A stretch of DNA of 62,822 nucleotides, the filler included, from Phoronis australis (Eukaryota > Animalia > Phoronida): NCBI GenBank assembly GCA_002633005.1. It is 6 parts of 6 records of this genome, joined end to end, with 100 filler letters (N's around TTAATTAATTAA, not from the genome) between each part and the next. Parts side by side here need not be neighbours in the genome. Positions count along the whole stretch, not along the records: positions 1 to 23,824 come from NMRA01000909.1; 5 more parts are not named here. One strand, given 5' to 3'. Position numbers and translations under genes: made by a program. This document shows, in pieces, positions 1 to 10,795 of this stretch. Position 1 is the first letter of the stretch, and every line of letters begins with the position of its first letter. Under the pieces are notes generated by a model, which was not told where the DNA came from, searched no databases, and saw nothing but the letters and a program-made list of their open reading frames with translations.

Positions 1-369
1 AACTGCTGGTTTTTCACAAGAAGGAAAGGTACCTCCACGGAATCAGTTCCAGTGTTACCATGGTAACAGATATTGCAGTGTCGGTGCCGTTTTTACTGAC
101 ATTGGTCATGAACCTATCGTGTGATATCAAAATTGTTCAGAAACGATTCTGTTTGAAGCAGAAACTGGAGTAGAAAATTTGGTCAAAAATGACTCATTCC
201 ACAACAAGAAATTGCCTCATTTTGCCCCTCAAGAACACTTCCTTTGTATCTCCTAAACCACCAAACTTTGTGGGGTCATACTTCACCCAATTTCTCTCAT
301 CCCTAATGTGATTTATCAGACTAAACATGATCTGAATGGCTGACCCCCCACCTTGCCGCTTGTTGGCTG
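1..369 (-). mobile_element. End of an interspersed repeat (putative DNA transposon); homologous copy at ~28088-28440 on +
   Basis: The reverse complement reads ta|CAGCCAACAAGCGGCAAGGTGGGGGGTCA...TATCTGTTACCATGGTAACACTGGAACTGATTCCGTGGAGGT. This matches ta|CTGCCAAAAAGCGGCAAGGTGGGGGGTCA...TATCGGTTACCATGGTAACACTGGAATTGTTTCAGTGGAGGT at 28088-28431. Confidence 0.6.
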
Positions 370-524
370 TACAGTGGTCGGTGGATCCGTGAACTGATAC
401 TTAAACATTAAAAACCAATAAGGATTTTTGTCAGATTATATTGGATTTCGAAAGGATCCGACCCATTCGGAATATGCAGGTACGAAATATACTTGAGTGG
501 AATTCCTATCAAAAATAAAGAAGC

Positions 525-960
525 TTGAGCGATGACAATCCTATTGGCAGCACACGATGTAACAAATCTAGATGCAAAATATGCAACTTTATCAACGACA
601 GTACTTTCTTCCAGTCTTCCCGAACCAATGAAAACGTCGAAATAAAACATTGTTTTGACTGCACCACAAACAATATTATTAACCTAATAACATGTAGAAA
701 ATGTTCTATACAATACGTAGGACAAACTCAGGATAATCTACAAACTCGGTTTCGCAATCATAAATTTAACATAATACATAAAAACATTTCTGATATTATA
801 GGTAATCATTTCAATTCCAAAAAACATAATCTTCAAGATCTTTCGAGTGTACAAAAAATTGAAAAACTCCAATTCCCCAGTGCCCCTCACAGACTCAAAA
901 GAGAACAATTTTGGATAGATAAACTCAATACACTTGAAACTAATGGATTGAACATAAAAA
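525..960 (+). mobile_element. Penelope-like retroelement 3' fragment: GIY-YIG endonuclease domain
   Basis: ORF shows CxxxxCxxC, NIINLITCRKCSIQYVGQT, RFRNH, NHFN..H, RLKREQFWI..LNTL...GLN, the typical C-terminal endonuclease of Penelope-like elements. No RT domain upstream, so 5'-truncated. Confidence 0.85.
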
Positions 961-1064
961 CTTCTTTAATTATATCCTTGAAGTTTTTCCGCTACAATGT
1001 ACCACATTCGTTACGCCACATATTAAATTGTCATATAGTGTTTGATTTTACTTTATTTCTGTTT

Positions 1065-1102
1065 CTGTTGACGAAGGTTGTTTTTACATCCGAAAATTTC
1101 AG
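1065..1102 (+). ncRNA. Minimal hammerhead-ribozyme-like motif in the Penelope 3' region (C3U variant)
   Basis: ctg-TTGACGA-a-GGTTGT-tttt-ACATCC-GAAA-AT-TT-cag: stem I ctg/cag, stem II 5 of 6 pairs, palindromic AATT stem III. Lies ~100 nt after the GIY-YIG end. Confidence 0.55.
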
Positions 1103-1906
1103 TTGGTCCACAACGTTCAATTATTTCTTCAATTATTGAAAACTGTAAAAGTCCAGTCTCCAATCTCCGCACTCTGACACGAATCATGCTCAAACTCAAG
1201 CTTCATACTCAACTCGAGTACAGACTGAGCTTTGGTGTATTCAATGTCATAATCGAAAAATCTGTTCTCGAAATTTCGGGCACGTACTCAATTTTCGAGT
1301 ATACTCAAAATAAAGTGCATCTCCACATCTATATTTCGAGTACGATTTTGAGTAAAAAATCCTAGTATATGCTCCAGATTTCAAGTTTGGTCTGGCAGTG
1401 TGCTTGAAATCGTACTCGAATACGAGTGAGAGAACAAAATAGTGAAAGGCCACCGAGAGACACAGCCAATCTAAAAAAATTGAGTCCTCTTACCACATTT
1501 CAGCGCTTCAATTTCAGTTCTGAGATAATAGTTTTCATTTTAAATCTTCTTATTTTTCACCTTATTAACCCCCGCATCACTGCATGTCATCGCCGCCAAT
1601 TTATAAACTCCGTCTTACTCTACGATTCCTGGCAACAGCCGCATTCTAATCCCTTGTCAGCGAGTCATTACAAATGTCGAAACAGTTGTGGGAAAAGTCG
1701 TATAAGAATTTTGAGCTGCCCTTATTTCAGTAAGTGTGCCTGCAGTTTGTAGGGTTTCCAAAAGACGAGGAGGCGAGGAAAGTTAAAAACAGTTTGCTTC
1801 TCTGTCAGGTACATTTCACATCATAGTTTAGTCATCTACATGTATTTTTCCTCAATCCCCGAATGGTATTCCTGATTTTATTTGTCGATTTCTAAGTAGA
1901 CGTCTC

Positions 1907-2194
1907 CAGTGACGGATTTAGGGGGGCAAGGGGGTCATGCCCCCCTAAAATTCTACCAGATACCATTTAGGAGATCGGGTGCGAATTGCTGACTAGCACG
2001 CACGCGCAACAAGGGGGTGAATAAACAATGCATAGGCCCTGAACAAACCCCGTTTACCGTTTTTTGTCAAAAGGTCCGCGAACAGAAATTCGAGACCCTG
2101 CATCCCACAATTAAGACAGGGGGCTCGCACCTGGCGAAAATCTGGTTATTCCTGTGCCCTGGCCAAAAACTCAAAAATCCTGTATCCGCCCCTG
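1907..2194. mobile_element. MITE with CAG...CTG ends and 5-bp TSD (hAT5-like)
   Basis: Ends CAGTGACGGATTTAGG / ATCCTGTATCCGCCCCTG, flanked by gtctc on both sides (1902-1906, 2195-2199). Same family as the inverted copy at 19065-19356. Confidence 0.75.
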
Positions 2195-2759
2195 GTCTCG
2201 TCCCGTTCACTGGTGAACTCTGAATGCCTGCACATAAATTGTTTTTTAACTCACGCACCAAATGTCAACTAACTTGATACATCCCGGTAAAATACAAAGA
2301 TACAGTATCAATTTTTGACATCAGCGCAGGCCTACACAGCAGTGGGTTTTACATGTACATGTATGTCAAGACTAAATTAGCAAGAGAGAACAGGGGTTCT
2401 TTGATGTGATAAGCTGTTGCAAATTTCTTAAGACATTTTCGGGAGATGAGGAACTCAAGAAGTAATAATTGTCAAATGAATAAAAGAAATGGTATAAGAA
2501 TATTGTATTGAAACTGAAAAAATGAATAACAGTTACAGAACACTCTTGTAGTTGTAGCGACAGCAGACGATAATGTAGGTGCTGGGGTGGTCTATGCCAA
2601 TAGGGAGCGATGAATCAGCGCGACTTTGCGTGGTTTTGCATTTCACATCATGAACAGTTCCATAGCAACTCGAGTATGAGTGTCAGATTTGTAGAATATA
2701 TATAGGTAAATAAAACATGAAGGTTTAAGTATAATAAAATTCCCTCAAAGTAAGTGGAT

Positions 2760-2823
2760 GACTCCGTGGTGTAGTGGTTATGGTGTTAGACACGAATTAT
2801 CTGTACTTTCAGAAGTCGTGGGT
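2760..2823 (+). repeat. Degenerate tRNA-derived (SINE-like) head
   Basis: GACTCCGTGGTGTAGTGGTTA gives an A-box-like TGGTGTAGTGG; AAGTCGTGGGT resembles the sequence preceding a B box, but GTTCGA is absent. Confidence 0.4.
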
Positions 2824-2869
2824 GGCGTACAAAAAATCACACATATCCGTGCTCGTTCTTCTAAGGGAA

Positions 2870-2911
2870 CACCTGACGATGGCCGGAGAATAAACCGACC
2901 GAAACGTCGTG
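2870..2911 (+). ncRNA. Minimal type I hammerhead ribozyme motif
   Basis: cac-CTGACGA-t-GGCCGG-agaataaa-CCGACC-GAAA-CG-TC-gtg: intact CUGANGA, GAAA and UH core, stem I cac/gtg, stem II 5 of 6 pairs, palindromic ACGT stem III. Confidence 0.75.
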
Positions 2912-3140
2912 ACAGTGTAAATAGACAAGAGGTAAGTGTAAATAGACCAAGAGATTATAGTAATGGCAATAATTAATAAACAAAACAGAGGACACAATAT
3001 GGACAAATAATATGAATTAAATGAACTGTGCCCTCCTTCCAGTTCATAATGGCACACGGGTATTTCCAACTAGCTCAAATAAATCACAAAAAGTTCCATT
3101 GTGCGACACAGAGATCTGAACCCCACCTTGTTAGAAATAT

Positions 3141-4151
3141 TCAAAATCTGATCATGGCGGTGAAGATCAGAATAACCATAACGACAAACACTAACAGAAC
3201 TAGCGTCGTCTCTTGCAGATACAACTCCGACTCTTTGTATGTCAGTGGAACCCAGTGGTGAATGGTAAGGGACTGGTTGTTTGACGCATTGTCCACAGTT
3301 GAGGTCAGTCGTTTGTATGTTTTGTTCAAGAATTTTGGCTCGATTGTTTGACATGAAGCTCCAATGCTGTCTAACCGCGATAAGTCAATTGCAGGTTGAA
3401 ACATTTCCGGTGTCGCCATCCTGATGTTCAAGAATGATGTGTTCGCGTATATCTCAGACAAATACGGCGTGAACATCTTTTGGTATTCGGAGAAAGTCGA
3501 CGTTAACATGATATTTCCTGCTTTATCGATAAACTGTTTTAAATTTGCTAGACTTATCATTTTTTTAATTAACCTGCGAAAGAACTGGTGCCCTGAGATG
3601 CAAGCCATCACGGCATTACTAGCCACGAAATCTCGACAGTAGAGCAGGCGTGCGTATTCAACTGGCTCTTGACTGATGATACACGGGGTGTGAGTGAGAA
3701 ATTCGTCAAATGGACGGAGACTTTCAACATCCAACTCCGCAAAAACTCCACAATAATAATACAGGATGAAATATCTTGAAACAAATTCGCACTCTGTTTC
3801 TGTTGTACACCGGTCGTAAATTGGAAGAAATTCTGGAAACTTACTCGCAATCAACCCTCTAGCGTCTTCTTTAGACCACATCCAATGATTCCAAGATTGG
3901 TGCGTTTTGCACCACGAGTTAATCCACGGGCGGTACAGCTTTGGAATGTGATGGTCCTTCCAAATTTGATGAATTATTTGGGGTATTCCTGACTCCATCT
4001 TTACTGCTATAGGCCTATCACTATTGGGCCCCGTGTGCTTCGGAGGCCTCTTCATGAAACAGTTATTACTAACATGTCCATGCGGTAATATGAAATCATC
4101 CAGCAAAGCGCGCGAAAAATACACGCTGGATGTAATTAACACGCATGACAC
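3141..4151 (-). CDS. Glycosyltransferase, GT32 / Gly_transf_sug (OCH1/SUR1-like DXD family), single long exon
   Basis: Motifs IPQIIHQIWKD, W..W+....R.LI...FP.FL..YD, RYFILYYYCGVFAELDVESLRP, NAVMAC..GH.FF, TIHHW. Hydrophobic segments at both ends. True start codon uncertain (ORF begins at GTG). Confidence 0.8.
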   Translation of the reverse strand: MSCVLITSSVYFSRALLDDFILPHGHVSNNCFMKRPPKHTGPNSDRPIAVKMESGIPQIIHQIWKDHHIPKLYRPWINSWCKTHQSWNHWMWSKEDARGLIASKFPEFLPIYDRCTTETECEFVSRYFILYYYCGVFAELDVESLRPFDEFLTHTPCIISQEPVEYARLLYCRDFVASNAVMACISGHQFFRRLIKKMISLANLKQFIDKAGNIMLTSTFSEYQKMFTPYLSEIYANTSFLNIRMATPEMFQPAIDLSRLDSIGASCQTIEPKFLNKTYKRLTSTVDNASNNQSLTIHHWVPLTYKESELYLQETTLVLLVFVVMVILIFTAMIRF

Positions 4152-4370
4152 TATGACGGCTACAAGATACTTGTTCCAATTTGCAACGTAATTTTATGCA
4201 ATACCATCGTCAAGAAGCAGTTCTTCACAACAAATACGACTGATTTAATACTTTGCCGTTCCTCACTTGGTCGTAAATTATTGTATGCACAACAAGAAAC
4301 TTAAAACGCGTAAGACAAATGCACGTTGCACGTCCGACGTTTTTCATATCTCAAATAAATACGCGACGCC

Positions 4371-7300
4371 ATTATTACACTGCGCGTGCAAGCGCAGAGT
4401 TCCTGGGTTTTCTTCAATTTTATTCTTATTACTCTGCGCGTGCAAGCGCAGAGTTCTGTTGTTTCTGGGTTTTCTTCAATTTTATTCTTATTCATATTAC
4501 TCTGCGCGTGTAAGCGCAGAGTACTGTTGTTCCTGGGTTTTCTTCAATTTTATTCTTAATATTCTTATTCTTATTACTCTGCGCGTGTAAGCGCAGAGTA
4601 CTGTTGTTCCTGGGTTTTCTTCAGTTTTATTCTTATTCTTATTCTTATTCTTATTCTTATTCTTATTCTTATTCTTATTCTTATTAATCTGCGCGAGTAA
4701 GCGCAGAGTACTGTTGTTCCTGGGTTTTCTTCAATTTTATTCTTCTTATTCTTATTCTTATTCTTATTACTCTGCGCGAGTAAGCGCAGAGTACTGTTGT
4801 TCCTGGGTTTTCTTCAATTTTATTCTTCTTATTCTTATTCTTATTCTTATTCTTATTCTTCCACCGACCAACTTTGACAATTAGTAACTCCAAAATGGTT
4901 GCAGGTATGTTCTTCAAATTTAACATTTGATATTAGGCAGTATATAAATTTCATTCGATATAAATTCATATTCAATAATGCACCGGAAGAGGTCATTTGG
5001 TGCAAAGGTCATGTAATTTTCAAAATGCTACTCTTTCTTTATTTCAAAAGCTATTCTTTTCAAATTCGGTAAACAGGTATAAGTCAAGAAGGCAATTTAA
5101 AAAAATAACTTTTCTAAGTAATCGGGTCATCCAATCAGGTGAAATAGGTCAAAGATCATTAGGTGCAAACTAAAATCTTCAGGTTGACACTTCAAATTCA
5201 CAGGTCTGATTGGCACAGGAAATTCAATTCGGAATCCAAAGTGTCAGGTCATTTAGTGCAAACATGGGGTCACTGGGTGCATTTTTCTTCTGAAAATTTT
5301 ACCTTTTCAACCAGCAAGTATTCTGATGTGTCACCCGTTAGATTCTCAGCATTAAACACATTTTTCATGGGCTTTGCATTAATTCTCCTAAAGATGCTTA
5401 TAATGAACCGGATAGGGTCAACTAGTGCAAAGGTCATGTAACATTCAAAATCTTACATCTCTTACGTTTTTCAAGGAATTCTTTTCAATTTCAGCACACT
5501 TGGGTAAGTCAATATGCCAATTGAATACCCTACTTTACTTCGCAATAGGCCTAACCAATCAGAAAAAAGTAGGTCAAAGGTCATTGAGTGTAAACTAAAA
5601 TTGTGAGATAGCAACTTCAAAATTACATATCTGTTTACTAAGTGTGATTGAGTTTGAATTCTAAATTTTCAGGTCATTTGGTGCACCCATGGGGTCATTA
5701 GGTGCATTTTTCTCCTGAAGGTTAGACCAATTCATTCATCTTGTATTCTGAATTGCTTAAAGTACAACATCTGTGATTTTTAGCATTAACCACACTTTTA
5801 ATCGAGTTAAAATTACCCCCTCATCGGGGCTCATAATGCACGGGAAGAGATCAATGAGTGGAAAGGTCATCAAAAAATTAATGTGTAATTTCTCCTACAA
5901 TTTTAAAGAATTACTTTTCATATTGGTAAATGGGTTGCTGTCAGTAACTTTCCATAATAATTCTAGTAATACGCACGCGCAGAGTCCGTTATTGTCACGC
6001 CGTGACAATAATCTTTTTAGTTCTTCTTATTCTTCTTCCGACCAACTTCGAGGCTTAATAACTCCAAATTGTGTGCAGGTACGGTCTTTAAATTCATCAT
6101 ATGACTTTTGACAGTATGTAAATTTTGATTGGTTATATAATCATATTCCATATTGCACCGGAAGAGGTCGTTTGGTCTAAAGGTCATATAATTTTCAAAA
6201 TGCTACTCCTCCTTCAGTTTTAAAGCTATCTTTTTCAAATTCGGTGAACAGGTATACACGTAAGTCTACATGACAATTTAAAAATTAACTTTTCTAAGTA
6301 ATCGGGTTAACCAATCAGGGGACATAGGTCAAAGGTCATTAGGTGCAAACTAAAATTTTGAGGTAGACACTTCAAATTGACAGGTCTGATTGCCACAGGT
6401 AAATCAAATCGGAATCTAAAGTTTCAGGTCATTTAGTGCAAACATGGGGTCATTAGGCGCATTTTTCTTTTGAAAATTTCGACCTTTTCAATTATCAAGT
6501 ATTCTGATGGGTCAACTGTTAGACAGCTGTGATTCTCAGCGTTAAACACATTTTCCATGGGCTTTGCAATACTTTTCCTAAAGACGCCTATAACGCACCG
6601 GATAGGGACAATTAGTGCAAAGGTCATGTAACGTTCAAATGGGGTCATTAGGTTCATTTTTTCTAAAGATTAGTCCTTTCCATTCACCAAGTATAATGAT
6701 GTGTCAACTGTTAGACAACTGTGGTTCTCAGCATTTAAAACACTTTTCATGGGCTTTGCAATAATTCTCCTAAAGACGCTTATATTGCACCGGGTAGGGT
6801 CAATTAGTGAAAAGGTCATCTAACGTTAAAAATGTTATATCTTCTATATTTTTGAAGGAATTGTTTTCAATTTCAACACACTGGTGTAGGTCAACACACC
6901 CATAGAACACCCTACTACGCATTAGACGAAACCAATCAGAAAAAATAGGTCGAAGGTCATTGAGTGCAAACTAAAATTTTGAGCAAGAGACTTCAAAATT
7001 ACATGTCTGTTTAGTAAATGAGATTGAGGGTGAATTCTAAATTTTCAGGTCATTTGGTGCACCCATGGCGTCATTAGGTGCATTTTTCTTCTGAAAATTT
7101 GACCAATTCACTCATCTTGTATTCTGAAGTGCTTAAAGTAAAACGTCTTCAATTCTTAGCTTTAACCACACTTTTAATCGAGTTCACAATTATTCCCTCA
7201 TAGGGGCTCATAATGCACCGGGAGAGGTCATTTAGTGGAAAGGTCATCAAAATAATAACATGTGATATCTCCAACAATTTTAAAGAATACCTTTTCATAT

Positions 7301-10300
7301 TGGTAAACAGGTTGCTGTCAGTAACTTCCCATTACAATTCCAGTAATGCGCACGCGCAGCGTCCATTATTGTCACGCCGTGACAATAATCTTTCTAGTTA
7401 CTCTGCGCCTGCAAGCGCAGAGTACTGTTGTTCCTGGGTTTTATTCAATTGTATTCTTATTATTCTGCGCGTGCAAGCGCAGAGTTTTACTGTTCTACGT
7501 ATTTATCTTCTTATTACTCTGCGCGTTCAAGCGCAGAGTTTTGTTACTGTTCTACGTATTTTATCTTATTATTATTATTAGTCTTGTTCTTCCTTCCTTT
7601 TCAGATTGTTATTACTCTTACATTGATTCAGTTACAACAATCATATTCACTATGATTGATATAATAGTTAAGGGATTTTTATTGATTATATTTTTGACCC
7701 AAAACGCACTGGAATGAACTGAAACAGGTCAAGGAGTGCATTCCGTCAAAATGCTTCTTCTTCTACAGAATTTTATGTAGACTCCTTCAACTTTGCAAAC
7801 AAGTAGGGACTAAAGAAGTGCATCAGAAATTTACACGGATTTCCAATCTCACCAAGGGAACTGAAGTATCAACCGTTAGGCAACTATGATTCTCAGCAAT
7901 AAACACACTTTTCACCGGCTTTGCAATTATTCTCCTTAATACGCTTATAATGCACCGGAGAGGGTCAATTAGTGCAAAGGTCATCTAATATTCAAAATGT
8001 TATATCTCCTACATTTTTCAAGGAATTCTTTTCAAGTTCAGCACAATGGTGTAAGTCACCATGCCAATCGAACGCTCTACTTTACTACGCAATAGGCCTA
8101 ACCAATAAGAAAAATAGGTCGAAGGTCATTGAGTGCAAACTTAAACTTTGAGGTAGATACTTCAAAATTACATATCTGATTAGTAAATGCAACTTAATTT
8201 GAAATCATTTGTTGCACCCATGGGGTCATTAGCTTCCTCTGAAAATTTGCCCAATTCAATCATCTTGTATTCTTAAGTGCTTAAAGTAAAACATTCGTGA
8301 TTCTTAGCATTAATCACACTTTTAATCGAGTTTACAATTATTCCCTCATCGGGGCTCATAATGCACCAGAGTAGGTTAATTAGTGGAAAGTTCATCAAAA
8401 TATTAACATGTAATTTCTGCTAAAATTTTAAATAAATCCTTTTCATATTGGTAAACGGGTTGCTGTCGGTAACTTCCCATAACAATTCCAATAATACGCA
8501 AGCGCAGAATCCATTATTGTCACGCCGTGACAATAATCCTTCTAGTTCTTCTTATTCTTGTTCTTCTTCTGACCACCTTAGAGGCTCAATAATTTCAACG
8601 TGGGTGCAGGTACGTTCTTTAAATTCAGCATATGATTTTTGAAGTACATAAATTTTGATTCGTTATATAATCATATTGCATATTGCACCGGAAGGAGTCG
8701 TTTGGTGCAAAGGTCACGTAATTCTTCAGTTTTATAGCTATTTTTTTCAAATTCAGTGCAGTAGTATGAGTCAACAAGACAATTTAAAATATTATTTTTC
8801 TAAGTAATGGAGTTATCCAATCAGATAAAACAGGTAAAAAATCATTAGATGCGAACAAAAATTTTGAGCTAGACACTTCAAGTTCACAAGTCTGTTTGGC
8901 ACGCTTACTTCAATTCGAACTACAAAGTTTCAGGTCATTTGGTGCACCCATGGGGTCATTAGGTGCATTTTTCTTCTGAAAATTTGTCCTTTTCATTCAC
9001 CAAGTATTCTGAAGTGTCAACCGTTAGAGAACTGTGATTTTCAGCATTTAAACACTTTTACGGGCTTTGTAATAAATTTCGTGAAGACGCTTATAATGCA
9101 CCGGGTAGGGTCAATTAGTGCAAAGTTCATCTAATGTTCAAAATGTTATATCCTACGTTTTTTAAAGAGTTCTTTTCAATGTCAGCATGATGATGTAAAC
9201 CAGAATGCCAGTCGAACACCCTACTTTACTAAGAGATAGACCCATCCAATCAGAAAAAATAGGTCAAAGGTCATTTAGTGCAAACTAAATTTTGAGCTGG
9301 AGACTTCAAAATTACACATCTGTTTAATAAATGCGATTGAGTTTGAATTCTAAAGTTTCAGGTCATTTGGTGCACCCATGGAGTCATTAGGTGCATTTGC
9401 CTTCTGAAAATTTGACCAATTCCTTCATCTTGTATTCTAAAGTGCCTTAAGTAAGACATCTGTGATTCTTAGCATTAACCACACTTTTAATCGAGTTTAC
9501 ACTTATTCCCTCATCGAGGCTCATAATGCTCCGGAAAGGTCATCAAAATATTAAGATGTAATTTCTCCTACAGTTTTGAAGAATTCCTTTTTATATTGGT
9601 AAACGGGTTGTTGTCAATAACAAATCCAGAAATACGCACGCGCAGAGTCCACACCGTGACAATAATCTTTCTAGTTCTTATTCTTATTCTTATTCTTATT
9701 CTTCTTCCGGCCAACTTTGATGCTTAATAACTCCAAAATTGTTGCATGTGTGTTCTTTATATTCAAGATATGATTACTAGCAGTACATATTTGTTTCGTT
9801 AAAAGATCATATTTCATGATGCGCCGGAATAGGTCGTTTAGTGCAAAGGTCATATAATTTTCAAAATGATACTCCTTCTTCAAATTTAATGCTATCTTTT
9901 TGAATTTCGATGCACAGGTATAAGTCAAGAAGTCATCCAATCAGATTAAACAGGTCAAAGGTCATTGGGTGCAAACTAAAATTTTGAGCTAGACACTTCC
10001 AATTCGCACATCTAATTGATGCCTTCTATTCAGATCGAAATAAAAAAGTTTTAGCTCATTTGGTGCAACTATGGGGGTCATTAGGTGCATTTTTGTTTAC
10101 AACCAAGGGGTCATTAGGTGCATTTTTGTTTTGAAAATTTGACCTTTTCATTCATCAAGTATTCTGATGTGTCAACAGACGACTGTGATTCTCAGCATTA
10201 AATACACGTTAAACAGACTTTGCAATAATTGTACCAAAAGAGTTATAATGCACTGAAAGAGGTCATTTATTGCAAAGGTCATATAACTTTGACAATGCTA

Positions 10301-10795
10301 CTCTTTCTTTAGTTTTTCAAATTCGGTGCACAGGTATAAGTCAACATTGGAATTTAACAAGTCACGTTTCTAAGAAATCGAGTCATCCAATAAGGTTAAA
10401 GAGGTCAAAGGTCATTAAGTGCATACTAAGATTTTGAGCTAGACACTTCAAGCTTCTGATTGGCACATGGAATTCAGAACCAAATGCATTTTTCTTCCGA
10501 AAATTTCACCTATTCATTCACCAAGTACTCTAATGTATCAACAGTTAGCCTAGTGTGATTCTCAGCTTAAACACACTTTTTACGGACTTCGCAATCATTC
10601 TCCTCAAGAGGCTTATAATGCACCGGATAGGGTCAATTGGTGCAAAGGTCATCAAATTATCAGCGTGTAATTTCTCATACAGTTTTAAAGAGTTCTTTTT
10701 CATATTGGTAAACGGGTTGTTATCAATAACTTCGCTTATAACTGCGCACGCGCAGAGTCCATTATTGACACGCCGTGACAATAATCTTTCTAGTT
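4371..10795 (+). mobile_element. Tandem array of ~5 non-autonomous Helentron/HINE (DINE-1-like) units
   Basis: 5' palindrome ACTCTGCGCGTGCAAGCGCAGAGT plus (TTATTC)n, then internal AGGTCA-rich subrepeats. The 3' module CACGCGCAGAGT + hairpin ATTATTGTCACG-c-CGTGACAATAAT + CTTTCTAGTT recurs at ~6022, 7399, 8547, 9676 and 10795. Confidence 0.8.
4627..4686. repeat. (TTATTC)n microsatellite within the HINE head
   Basis: About 10 perfect hexamer copies; shorter runs at ~4825-4860 and ~9676-9700. Confidence 0.95.

Noticed and set aside
2760-2830. Functional tRNA gene
   Set aside because: No T-arm GTTCRA and no acceptor-stem pairing; only a decayed head.
3070-3354. Overlapping alternative ORF at the glycosyltransferase 3' end
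   Set aside because: The main frame keeps the conserved HHW motif; the alternative frame has no recognisable features.
3141-4151. Horizontal transfer from bacteria or fungi suggested by the intronless GT32 ORF
   Set aside because: This family is widespread in invertebrates and lack of introns alone is not evidence; a phylogeny would be needed.
4371-4860. CRISPR-like array of palindromic repeats
   Set aside because: Spacers are near-identical microsatellite-containing sequence, not unique; eukaryotic context, no cas genes; explained by Helentron heads.
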